Source: a virus (Duplodnaviria > Caudoviricetes). From it: a stretch of DNA of 59,908 bases. The translations under genes and the position numbers were made by a program. This document shows positions 19,396-27,816 of this stretch, piece by piece. Under the pieces are notes generated by a model. It did no database searches and was not told the DNA's origin. It worked only from the letters and a program-made list of their open reading frames with translations. The stretch spans positions 1 to 59,908 of the IMG/VR virus record IMGVR_UViG_3300033141_003139, one strand, 5' to 3'. Each line of letters starts with the position of its first letter. The first letter of the stretch is position 1.

Positions 19396-19719
19396 ATGAA
19401 CCTACCTCAAGCACGAAGGATGTCCAACGAGAGCAAACTCTTGTTGGAACAGCTTTGGGCAGGATCATGGAAAGCAACAGTTATTGCTAATCCTGCTAAG
19501 GAAGCCTACATCTATTTCCTGAGATGCTTATGCTCTGAAGCTAAAGCATCAAAATGCAAGTGGATTATAATGGGAATACGGGCTTATTATCAACGTCGTG
19601 GGCGATCATATATGCCCGACGTGATATTTTTAGACCGTAAAACTTTGAGTACGTGGTCAGCAAAACATCTCGATAACATGAGTGAAGGCTGGCTGCGTTA
19701 CCTGGAGTCCAGCCTATGA
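19396..19719 (+). CDS. Hypothetical protein
   Basis: ORF coupled to the next gene. Confidence 0.55.
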   Translation: MNLPQARRMSNESKLLLEQLWAGSWKATVIANPAKEAYIYFLRCLCSEAKASKCKWIIMGIRAYYQRRGRSYMPDVIFLDRKTLSTWSAKHLDNMSEGWLRYLESSL

Positions 19720-20024
19720 AATACCGTTATGTTACCTGGTGGACAAACGCTAGCCAAGAGCAACGGTCAAGTATCGTTGACAAAGCCCGTCTTATCTACG
19801 GCGGGTTTCGGCTGGAGGCTTGTAAGAGATGGACTGTGCCAGGCAAAGCTGTTTCAGATGAGCCTCTAAAGATGCTGTACGAGCATGAATGGCAGCATCT
19901 TAGTCCGTCGGAGAGATCTGCAATTGAGCGGACGCTGTATTACACGTGGAGAAAGAAGTACAACGTCCCAGCGAACAGAATTGAATGGCCTGCAAACGTT
20001 AGCAGCAGACCGTTCCTGAGCTAA
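19716..20024 (+). CDS. Hypothetical protein
   Basis: ATGA overlap; followed by a terminator. Confidence 0.6.
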   Translation: MKYRYVTWWTNASQEQRSSIVDKARLIYGGFRLEACKRWTVPGKAVSDEPLKMLYEHEWQHLSPSERSAIERTLYYTWRKKYNVPANRIEWPANVSSRPFLS

Positions 20025-20033
20025 GGCTAAATA

Positions 20034-20115
20034 AGCCCCCCTCCTCTTGAGGGTGCTCTTACTGCAACTCGCAGTGAGCGTACTCTTGAGGGGAGGGGGG
20101 CTGTCGTTTTTTTTT
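20034..20115 (+). terminator. Long hairpin terminator
   Basis: ~30-bp imperfect stem AGCCCCCCTCCTC...GAGGGGAGGGGGGCT followed by T9. Confidence 0.75.
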
Positions 20116-20127
20116 CGTAAAACACCC

Positions 20128-20156
20128 TTGCTTTTACCAGGCGTATCAACTATAAT
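20128..20156 (+). promoter_or_regulatory. Sigma70-like promoter of the early/replication operon
   Basis: TTGCTT-17nt-TATAAT. Confidence 0.7.
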
Positions 20157-20329
20157 CAATAGACTACTAAGAGGGAGAAATCAATGTACCTGCCTACTAA
20201 GTTTCCGTTGGTTATATAGCAATACATACTAATTTCACAAGGAGGAAATCAGTTCTAATGTAAAGTAACTACCTGCCGTCGTAAACATTTCATTGATGAT
20301 ATTATGTATCATTTACAGGAGTCAGCCAA

Positions 20330-20497
20330 ATGCCTAAGGGCAAACACCATACTTCGTGGAACGTATGGGTAGAAAACATATTGCTGGTGGGTTCTTTCCT
20401 GCTGGCCGTGGGCACCGCCCTCATAGAATTCGTCACAACTTTCAGGGAAAAAAAGAAGGAGCACCAGGATGACAACAAAACTGAGGCCGAGAACTAG
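20330..20497 (+). CDS. 55-aa single-TM protein (below the ORF-track cutoff)
   Basis: AGGAG RBS; translates as MPKGKHHTSWNVWVENILLVGSFLLAVGTALIEF... Confidence 0.5.
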   Translation: MPKGKHHTSWNVWVENILLVGSFLLAVGTALIEFVTTFREKKKEHQDDNKTEAEN

Positions 20498-20744
20498 AAC
20501 GGTTTACGTCAGCGATGGTTTACACGAGGCCTTCCAGAGACTTGATACATTGGCAGGTAACAAGGGTATCAGTTTCGGAAAAGCAATGGAGTTAGCTCTC
20601 AAAAGAGGCCTCCGAATGAAAGCTCCTGATTTTGCCAAGCGTAAGAAAAAACAGAAAGCAGATAAATCTGCTAAGGCTAAGGCTCGTACCACCAAGGGTC
20701 AAGCTGCTGCAAAAAAGGCTGCTACAAAAATGGTAAGCAAATAA
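20469..20744 (+). CDS. Putative ribbon-helix-helix DNA-binding protein with a Lys/Ala-rich tail
   Basis: RTVYVSDGLHEAF...GISFGKAMELAL resembles an RHH fold; AK-rich C-terminus. Confidence 0.55.
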   Translation: MTTKLRPRTRTVYVSDGLHEAFQRLDTLAGNKGISFGKAMELALKRGLRMKAPDFAKRKKKQKADKSAKAKARTTKGQAAAKKAATKMVSK

Positions 20745-20745
20745 C

Positions 20746-21654
20746 ATGGCTAAACCAAAAATAATAAGTCTTACTTATAGTTCCCAGGACGCATTCTGGC
20801 ATTGTCCGATGAAGTACTACTGGAGTTACGAGGAACAAATAGCTACGTTAGTTCCAGCTGTCTACTTCGTGGTGGGTGGTGCAGGGCACGCTGGACTTGC
20901 CTCACTTCTTGCTAATAACAACGTAGAACTAGCTGAAAAGGCTGTCCAGAATTATTTTCGTGGTATACGCAAGTATGACCCTCCGTGGGATCCCACCAGG
21001 TATTGCCAGATGACACGAGCGTTGATACGGGCATACAGTCAGCAATACAGCCCCGTTCGTCTTGAAGAAGGTGAAGGACCTTTCAGCTTTGAACTAGGCG
21101 AAGTTGATGGGCATACGCTGGTCATTGAAGGACGCTTCGATGCTATCCAGAAAAAAGGTCGTAAACGTGAACTCATCGAGCACAAGTTCCTGGAATCGAC
21201 TTTACCAGATGACGAGGCATTGCTGTCGATGGATCGCCAGGTCACCACGTATATAATGGGAGCCAGGGAAGATCGCAACTGGAAGCTGTCAGGCGTTACT
21301 TATAACATTATATACAAGCCTAACATGTCATCTCGTACCAAGTGGACACGGCGGAAGGATAATGAAAGCTGGGAGCAGTATACCAATAGAATTGCCGAGC
21401 ATATTCTGAAATATCCTGGCAAGTACTTTGATCGAATACGAATGAAGAGGAACTCCAAGGATATTCAAGAACTTAAGCAGCATTATTTTTATACGGCTCA
21501 TCGTATCCTAAAATGTCGCCGTGACAAAACATGGGCCAAGCCATCCAGCATCTTTCGTTGTCGTTTCTGTGAATTCAAGCCGCTTTGCTTAGGACGGAAA
21601 GGAGCATCAAAGAAGTTTCGGAGAAAGACGGCGTTGCATGAGGAGCTAGAATGA
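20746..21654 (+). CDS. PD-(D/E)XK exonuclease (Cas4/AddB-like)
   Basis: CPMKYY, GRFDAI, IEHK, Q...Y and C-terminal CRFCEFKPLC. Confidence 0.85.
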   Translation: MAKPKIISLTYSSQDAFWHCPMKYYWSYEEQIATLVPAVYFVVGGAGHAGLASLLANNNVELAEKAVQNYFRGIRKYDPPWDPTRYCQMTRALIRAYSQQYSPVRLEEGEGPFSFELGEVDGHTLVIEGRFDAIQKKGRKRELIEHKFLESTLPDDEALLSMDRQVTTYIMGAREDRNWKLSGVTYNIIYKPNMSSRTKWTRRKDNESWEQYTNRIAEHILKYPGKYFDRIRMKRNSKDIQELKQHYFYTAHRILKCRRDKTWAKPSSIFRCRFCEFKPLCLGRKGASKKFRRKTALHEELE

Positions 21655-21878
21655 GTCAAAGCGATCTGCATATTATTGATAACTTGCTCTTAGCAATGCT
21701 ACAAACAGAAGAAACCCATGATATTGAAGTTCTTAAGCGGCATTGGGGTAGTTGCGTCTATGATGCACTTGACAGACTCCACGAAGCTTGGAACAGTAGA
21801 GAGATGAAATCTATTACTGCTACCTGGTCTATCTACTTCGCCAAGTTGGATGGGACCCCTTATGAAAGGCTGGAATAA
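21651..21878 (+). CDS. Hypothetical protein
   Basis: Coupled ORF. Confidence 0.5.
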   Translation: MSQSDLHIIDNLLLAMLQTEETHDIEVLKRHWGSCVYDALDRLHEAWNSREMKSITATWSIYFAKLDGTPYERLE

Positions 21879-21993
21879 TAGACATAATGACACCTGAACA
21901 TCCTCGTTGCTATAGAGAATGGGCATAAGGAGATAGCAAGACTATTAAGTACACACATGAAATACAGGAAGTTCCCTGATATAGGAGACCTGA

Positions 21994-22797
21994 ATGCCAA
22001 GACTTAAACTAGCAAAACCTGTCTTCGAGATACCAACGAAAATAACAGACTACCTTGTACTAATACACGGGGGCCCAGGCATCGGTAAAAGTTCTTTTGC
22101 TGCCCAAACGCCTGACCATTACATCTTCGACTTCGAGCATGGTTACAAGGCTCTGCCATATCGAGGCGAGTTCATCTCCAATGGATGGACTGGAGATGTA
22201 CCATCAGGTGCTCCCTTCGAGCATATGTGGGATGTGTTAGCCCTTTGTAAAGATGCCAAAGACATAACAACAATTATCATAGACCCAGCCGAAGCTTGGT
22301 TCGAGATGGTCTGTGCCTACGTTTGTTCAAATTCAGGGACTACTCACATTAACACAGGGCCCCTCAAATATGGCGTAGGATATAAATTCGCTTGCGATGA
22401 AATCCGTAATATATTAAACGAGACGCAAAACTTAGGCATGAACGTGCTTCTGGTGAGCCACTCCAGGGAGATTGAGATTGAAGAAGGAGATCTTAAGTAC
22501 TCCAAGTCCGTCCCTGATTTTCCCGCGTCAGCAAGGAAGGTGCTTATGGACCTTCCAGACTTGGTTCTTTACTTCGGCTGGGAACGGTTCGATGAAAAAG
22601 GAGAAGTTCTCGAAGAGCCAGAACGCCACATCTACGCACAACCATCTGAAGATTTCGAGGCGAAATCCCGTATCATGTCGTTTGAAGGTTGTAGCATGGG
22701 CAACAGCCCCCAGGAAGCCCGTGCTAACTTCGAGGCAGCATTCGAGAAAGCAATAAAGCAGGAACAAAAAGCCTGGGGTTCTAAAAGGAGGAAATAA
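21994..22797 (+). CDS. Sak4-like (AAA_24) recombination ATPase
   Basis: GGPGIGKS Walker A, DFEHG, IIID, LLVSH. Confidence 0.85.
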   Translation: MPRLKLAKPVFEIPTKITDYLVLIHGGPGIGKSSFAAQTPDHYIFDFEHGYKALPYRGEFISNGWTGDVPSGAPFEHMWDVLALCKDAKDITTIIIDPAEAWFEMVCAYVCSNSGTTHINTGPLKYGVGYKFACDEIRNILNETQNLGMNVLLVSHSREIEIEEGDLKYSKSVPDFPASARKVLMDLPDLVLYFGWERFDEKGEVLEEPERHIYAQPSEDFEAKSRIMSFEGCSMGNSPQEARANFEAAFEKAIKQEQKAWGSKRRK

Positions 22798-22800
22798 CCA

Positions 22801-23235
22801 ATGAAGAATAGGAACTTGGCACACAGCGACAATTGGGCTACACCAAAAGCATTGTACGATAAGCTGGACGCCGAGTTCCATTTCAACTTTGATCCTTGTC
22901 CGTTGCACGATGGTCCAATTGCTCCTGAACAAGATGGCCTGCTCATACCGTGGGGAACTCGGAACTTTATCAATCCGCCATACAGCCGAAAACTAAAGGA
23001 GGCATTTGTACACAAGGCTGTCGAAGAGGCCGCAAAAGGCAAACTATGTGTGATGTTACTACCAGTGAGTACTAGTACCGTGCTTTTCCACGAATGGATA
23101 CAGCCGAATGCAAGCGAGATTCGATTCTTAAGAGGCAGGGTAAAGTTTTCAGGTTATAATACCAAGGGTGAATGGGTGACGGACAAGGCAGGTATGCATG
23201 ATAGCATGGTTGTGATTTTTGATGGGAGGAAGTAA
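22801..23235 (+). CDS. Phage DNA N6-adenine methyltransferase (Dam-type)
   Basis: WATP, FDPC, FINPPY, IRFLRGRVKF. Confidence 0.85.
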   Translation: MKNRNLAHSDNWATPKALYDKLDAEFHFNFDPCPLHDGPIAPEQDGLLIPWGTRNFINPPYSRKLKEAFVHKAVEEAAKGKLCVMLLPVSTSTVLFHEWIQPNASEIRFLRGRVKFSGYNTKGEWVTDKAGMHDSMVVIFDGRK

Positions 23236-23432
23236 TGGAAGCAACGGTCGAAGGTAACGAGTTGACCTTGAAAATCCACCTGGCGAAGCTGGACGAGGCT
23301 CCGATTTCCAAGCAGGGTAAATCTCGTGTAGTAGCTTCATCACATGGATTTCAGCACTTGGTGGTCTATGAAGGAGCATCATTGGCCATCAATTACAATA
23401 TCACTGCTCCAATTACACAGAAAGGGCAATAG
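23235..23432 (+). CDS. Small conserved hypothetical protein
   Basis: SKQGKSRVVASSHG motif; coupled. Confidence 0.6.
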   Translation: MEATVEGNELTLKIHLAKLDEAPISKQGKSRVVASSHGFQHLVVYEGASLAINYNITAPITQKGQ

Positions 23433-23434
23433 AC

Positions 23435-23962
23435 ATGGCAAGACGTAGTTCAAAACCGAAGTCGGAATTTACTGGATTGACAGCGGCATGGAAGAAAACC
23501 AAGGCAAGAGAACGTCCTGACTTCACTGACCTGCCTGTAGGCTCTTACCAGTTTGAGATCACGAATGCTGAAGTCAAGGAGACCAAGGCTGGTAACTCGC
23601 TCCGGTTGTGGGCGACGTGCGTAGTTGTCGGTGGCGATTATGAAGGTCGCACCACGACTAAGAGCTGGACGCTGGCATCTATCGAATTGAAACCAGCTGG
23701 CCGTGGCAGTAAAACGAAGGTCAAGAGCTATGAATGGGACGAGATGGGCCTTGAATACCTGATGACCGACATGATTACGTTGGGCATCGCTGAAGACGAG
23801 AAAGATGCCCGCACGTTCGACCCCGCCACAGAAGTAGCAGAGGCAATGGTGGGATTGGTCTTCGATGGAGCTATCGTAGAAAGTAAGAAGGTCGACAGGG
23901 ATGGAAAGCCTTATCGTAACATTTACGTCAATGGCTTGGTAACTGAAGAGCATAGACTCTAA
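23435..23962 (+). CDS. DUF669-like single-stranded DNA-binding protein
   Basis: FTDLPVGSYQFEITNAEVKETKAG...GDYEGR; next to the Sak4-like gene. Confidence 0.75.
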   Translation: MARRSSKPKSEFTGLTAAWKKTKARERPDFTDLPVGSYQFEITNAEVKETKAGNSLRLWATCVVVGGDYEGRTTTKSWTLASIELKPAGRGSKTKVKSYEWDEMGLEYLMTDMITLGIAEDEKDARTFDPATEVAEAMVGLVFDGAIVESKKVDRDGKPYRNIYVNGLVTEEHRL

Positions 23963-23981
23963 GTCCAGTAACTTAAAAGGT

Positions 23982-24052
23982 GCCTGGGGCTTCTTCATTG
24001 CATTATCTCCTCGATGCAACAGACAAGAGAGAAGCCCCAGGCCATAGGAGAT
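23982..24052 (+). promoter_or_regulatory. Structured leader upstream of the queD-like gene
   Basis: 13-bp stem GCCTGGGGCTTCT/AGAAGCCCCAGGC; inner stem TTGCAT/ATGCAA; its loop ATCTCCT is complementary to AGGAGAT at the SD. Confidence 0.5.
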
Positions 24053-24057
24053 TATAT

Positions 24058-24411
24058 ATGCCGCCGTTATTCACGTTCAAAACAGAAACCACGTTTCAAG
24101 CTGCTCATGACATCGAAGGGATGCATGGTCATACCTGGAAGGTTGAAGCTACTTTTCTGTTCAGTGTGATCAACCCTGAGACTAATAAGGTAGCTGATTT
24201 CACGCTTTACAAGGAGGCCCTCGATAATGTAGCAAGAAAGGTTCATAATACTATTCTCAACGAAGCATTAGCAACAGCTCACCCTACCGCAGAGAAGCTC
24301 TGCTTGTGGTTCAGTGAGCAGCTTAAAGCAGAAGGTTATCCACCGCGTGAAGTGACTATTTACGAAGGAGATGAGTCCAGCGTATCGTATCGCATTGAAC
24401 GCTCTCTTTAG
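24058..24411 (+). CDS. queD: QueD/6-pyruvoyl-tetrahydropterin synthase-like T-fold protein
   Basis: FQAAH, HGHTW, DF, LNE, PTAE and VTIYE motifs. Confidence 0.8.
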   Translation: MPPLFTFKTETTFQAAHDIEGMHGHTWKVEATFLFSVINPETNKVADFTLYKEALDNVARKVHNTILNEALATAHPTAEKLCLWFSEQLKAEGYPPREVTIYEGDESSVSYRIERSL

Positions 24412-24414
24412 CTA

Positions 24415-24681
24415 ATGACACCCCGCATACTAATATCCTGGCATTCCCTTGACCAGTTGAGTTTACGTGGCCTTGACTTCTGGCAGCGCCACAGTGACCC
24501 CAACGAGGGTATGGTTACTTTTCTCAAGCGAAAGGCCGTCGAAGCCTGTCACCAAGGTGACGTGCTTGAACATATCAAGGGTATTGCCAAGGTATCGTAT
24601 GCGGGGTATATTTGGATCTTCAGGACAAGTGATGACCCACGAACATATTACTTGAAAACGCTCTACAAGAGAAACTCATAG
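24415..24681 (+). CDS. Hypothetical protein
   Basis: ORF abutting polA. Confidence 0.55.
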   Translation: MTPRILISWHSLDQLSLRGLDFWQRHSDPNEGMVTFLKRKAVEACHQGDVLEHIKGIAKVSYAGYIWIFRTSDDPRTYYLKTLYKRNS

Positions 24682-26550
24682 ATGGCTACTGATAATTTCG
24701 ACCTCGAAGAATTTGTCGCTTTTGATACTGAAACCACCGGCCTTAAGATGTGGCATCCACCAGGCGTCAGCGTCTTGACTTACTCGTCGAAGGACTGCTG
24801 TGGGAACGTTACTATTTCAGATAAGACCGAGGGTCTTTCACCTGAAAACCTTACCAGGTTGGTTAAGGAGACAGCCAGTTACAAAATGCCATTTGCGCAT
24901 AACTTAAAGTATGATCTGAGCGTGCTGGATGCCAATGGCGTAGACATTTCCTTGCTGGATCATGCTAACTGTACCATGCTGATGGCTCACCTTAGCAATG
25001 AGCACGAAGCATCACTACAGCAGGAAACCTTGTATGTAAGAAAACTAGGGCTTCCAGTAGATGATGCCGACGAGATGGACGCCTGGTTGAAAGAGCATGG
25101 TCTTACCAAGGGCGAAATGGTGAAAGTACCACCCAGGATACGCAAAAAATATGCAGTAGGCGACGTGCATCGTTGCTTGAGCCTGGGTGTACATTATGCT
25201 CCAATAATCAACCGCCGTGATTACAAGACTGAAATGCAAGTACTTCGTATTCTCATCAAAATGGAAAAGCGTGGCATCTTGCTAGACATATCTAAAGTCG
25301 AGGCTATTAGACAAAAGACACAACGGCAACTGGCCCGTCTTATCAGGAAATGGGGTCTTATTGACGCTGGTCCTTACTGGAAGCTCGAACGAGAATTACT
25401 CCACGAGGGATATAGCATCAAGAGAGCACGACAGAAAGCCAGTAACAAGATGAAGAAAGCTATCAACGACGCCGGTGGTATCAACCTGGGAAGTTCAGCA
25501 CAGGTTGGCAGCGTATTGCTCCAGGAGGGTTTCGCCCTTGAAGAGCTTCACAAAACTGAGACTGGAGCCATATCTGGTGCTGGTAAACACATGAAAGAAC
25601 TGGCACGACAGGGCAGCAAGGTAGCAAAAGCACGTATTGTTTACATGCAGTTAGGTAAATTACTAGGCACTTACCTTGACCAGTTGGAAGATGCTGCTGA
25701 TTGTAACTCGGTTATACATACCAACTACAACCAGACCGTGACTGTTACGGGCAGGTTGAGCAGTGATAACCCTAACCTGCAAAACGTGGCTACAGATGAA
25801 GGTCCTTACAAGGGAGTTCGTGAGCTATTTATATGCAGGCCAGGACACGAGTTGTTTTTTATCGACTATCGTGGCCTCCAGCTTAGGATTGCTGCTCATT
25901 ATGCCAGGGACGAGATCTTCCAGGATATTGTGTCTAATCATGACGATGTTCATGGAGCCGTAGCTAAAATGGTCGGATTGACGGGTAAGCGTGGTCGACT
26001 CCAAGCTAAAGGCGTAGTATTCGGCACCCTGTTCGGACGAACCCCTTACGGCTTATGGAAAGACCCATCATTAAAGCTGAAAAGCCTGGATGATGCAGAA
26101 CGACTCAGGGCTAAAGTACTAGGCTTCATGCCAGGGCTTGAGCGTAAGATACGAGAACTCCAAGAGGAATATGCTGCTTGTGGACACATTGAAGATGATT
26201 TTGGCAGGTTATACAGGCCGCTTGAACTAAAGGACTTGCTCGTGAACCTCGTTCAGGGTACTGAGGCAAGTCTCGTAAAGCGTGCCATGGTAAAGACTTA
26301 TCCAGTTGTAACAGACTTCGGTGGTCATACAATCCTGCAAATACACGACGAAATAGTATTCGAGGTGCCGATGAAAGGAAAGCGTCTTGCCAGTCGCCGC
26401 CGTAAAATAGCGACTGCACTAGGAGCCGCTATGGTAGAAGATGCACGACACCTGGAAGTACCATTAAAGGTACAAGTAAAAGTTACACAAACAAATTGGG
26501 CAGAGGCTGCAACCATATTACAATTTGATAGCAACAAAGGAGTATGTTAA
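24682..26550 (+). CDS. polA: Family A DNA polymerase with 3'-5' exonuclease
   Basis: FDTETTGL, HNLKYD, TGRLSSDNPNLQN, DYRGLQLR, AKGVVFG, IHDEIVFE. Confidence 0.95.
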   Translation: MATDNFDLEEFVAFDTETTGLKMWHPPGVSVLTYSSKDCCGNVTISDKTEGLSPENLTRLVKETASYKMPFAHNLKYDLSVLDANGVDISLLDHANCTMLMAHLSNEHEASLQQETLYVRKLGLPVDDADEMDAWLKEHGLTKGEMVKVPPRIRKKYAVGDVHRCLSLGVHYAPIINRRDYKTEMQVLRILIKMEKRGILLDISKVEAIRQKTQRQLARLIRKWGLIDAGPYWKLERELLHEGYSIKRARQKASNKMKKAINDAGGINLGSSAQVGSVLLQEGFALEELHKTETGAISGAGKHMKELARQGSKVAKARIVYMQLGKLLGTYLDQLEDAADCNSVIHTNYNQTVTVTGRLSSDNPNLQNVATDEGPYKGVRELFICRPGHELFFIDYRGLQLRIAAHYARDEIFQDIVSNHDDVHGAVAKMVGLTGKRGRLQAKGVVFGTLFGRTPYGLWKDPSLKLKSLDDAERLRAKVLGFMPGLERKIRELQEEYAACGHIEDDFGRLYRPLELKDLLVNLVQGTEASLVKRAMVKTYPVVTDFGGHTILQIHDEIVFEVPMKGKRLASRRRKIATALGAAMVEDARHLEVPLKVQVKVTQTNWAEAATILQFDSNKGVC

Positions 26551-26900
26551 TGTATTTAAGAGACTTGATAACTTTCCTGGAAGAAGAGGATCCAACTCGA
26601 ATATTACCAGTAGGATTCAAGCGTCCCCACAGTTACAGGGGAGACTACTCTGAACTTGCATTCCAGCCAGCCCTGAATGTATCGGTCAAGGACATGCTGG
26701 AGGATGCCAAGTCCGCTCTGGGTCGTGAGTTTACTGGTTACAAGGGAGGCGAATATAAAATGCATGAATACACAGAATGTTACCTGGCTCATTATGGCCG
26801 CACGGGAGGGTTGATCAGCCCAATACTTCTTGCTTTTATGTTGGGTAAAACACAAGATGAAATCGCTGAGATAGCCATGCGCACAGACTGGCTTTTGTAG
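26544..26900 (+). CDS. Conserved phage hypothetical protein
   Basis: PHSYRGDYSELAF and FTGYKGGEY motifs. Confidence 0.7.
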   Translation: MLMYLRDLITFLEEEDPTRILPVGFKRPHSYRGDYSELAFQPALNVSVKDMLEDAKSALGREFTGYKGGEYKMHEYTECYLAHYGRTGGLISPILLAFMLGKTQDEIAEIAMRTDWLL

Positions 26901-26918
26901 TAGACACGGGTACAAGTT

Positions 26919-27536
26919 ATGAGCAACTTGAAATATCTTCGTAACTGGACAACAAGACTCCATAAGTGTGAAGCCTGTGAGTATCGAAGCCAGGCGTTAC
27001 GACCAGTGGGCACACGTGGTAATCCAGATAGCCCCGTAATGATAGTCGGTATGAACCCAGGTGTTACTGAGAACTGCAAGGGTATACCCTTCGTAGGGCC
27101 AGCAGGTCGAGAACTCGACAAGGTGCTGGCGTTCTGGGGTATTGAAGATCCTATCATTACTAACGTCTTGAACTGTTACGTTTATGATAACGCTATACTT
27201 ACACATGATGCAATGGACTTTTGCTCTAAGAAATGGTTACTGCCATTGATACGCAATCTCGATCCCAAACTGATTATAGGTCTTGGTGCCTGGGCAGCTG
27301 TTGAGTTATTAAAACATGCTGGCGAGACTGAGTTGGCTGCAAAGTCAGTAGGCAAACTTGCTGGCATGATGAAGCCGATTAAGCTCAAGGGCTGGCGCGG
27401 GTATCTTGCTATTACATATCATCCTGCCTACATGTTACGATCGAGAGGAAAAACTGGAGCTAAAGCTACCAACAAGTTCTGGGATGCAGTACGACAGTTA
27501 CGTTTGCCCATACAGGAATTACTACATGAAAGTTAA
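26919..27536 (+). CDS. Uracil-DNA glycosylase, family 4-like
   Basis: CEAC, VGMNPG, PFVGPAG, TNVLNC, TYHPAY. Confidence 0.9.
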   Translation: MSNLKYLRNWTTRLHKCEACEYRSQALRPVGTRGNPDSPVMIVGMNPGVTENCKGIPFVGPAGRELDKVLAFWGIEDPIITNVLNCYVYDNAILTHDAMDFCSKKWLLPLIRNLDPKLIIGLGAWAAVELLKHAGETELAAKSVGKLAGMMKPIKLKGWRGYLAITYHPAYMLRSRGKTGAKATNKFWDAVRQLRLPIQELLHES

Positions 27537-27813
27537 TCTAGTTGCAAACGATGCTTGCTACGAATTCAGTGTTACGCAAGACGACCACAAAGAGCTACTC
27601 GATTTTGTAGCTAATAGATTTCGCCGGTGGGCAGATAGAGACGACGTGACTGGTACTAGAACTGTTGTAGATACAACTGGTGTTACTATCCATGTAGTTT
27701 TTACTAATGGCGCCACCCTGTGTATAGCTACATTTGAACCAGACGACAAAACTATTAGTAACATCCAGTTATTGCAAAAAATACTACTGGATAACCATAT
27801 CAACCCAAGGTGA
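27526..27813 (+). CDS. Hypothetical protein
   Basis: ATG at 27526 overlaps the end of the UDG gene. Confidence 0.5.
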   Translation: MKVNLVANDACYEFSVTQDDHKELLDFVANRFRRWADRDDVTGTRTVVDTTGVTIHVVFTNGATLCIATFEPDDKTISNIQLLQKILLDNHINPR

Positions 27814-27816
27814 TTT

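Noticed and set aside
20746-21654. Cas4 as part of a CRISPR system
   Set aside because: Its context with a Sak4-like ATPase and an SSB indicates a phage recombination exonuclease
24058-24411. 7-deazaguanine DNA modification system
   Set aside because: No dpdA, folE, queC or queE recognised
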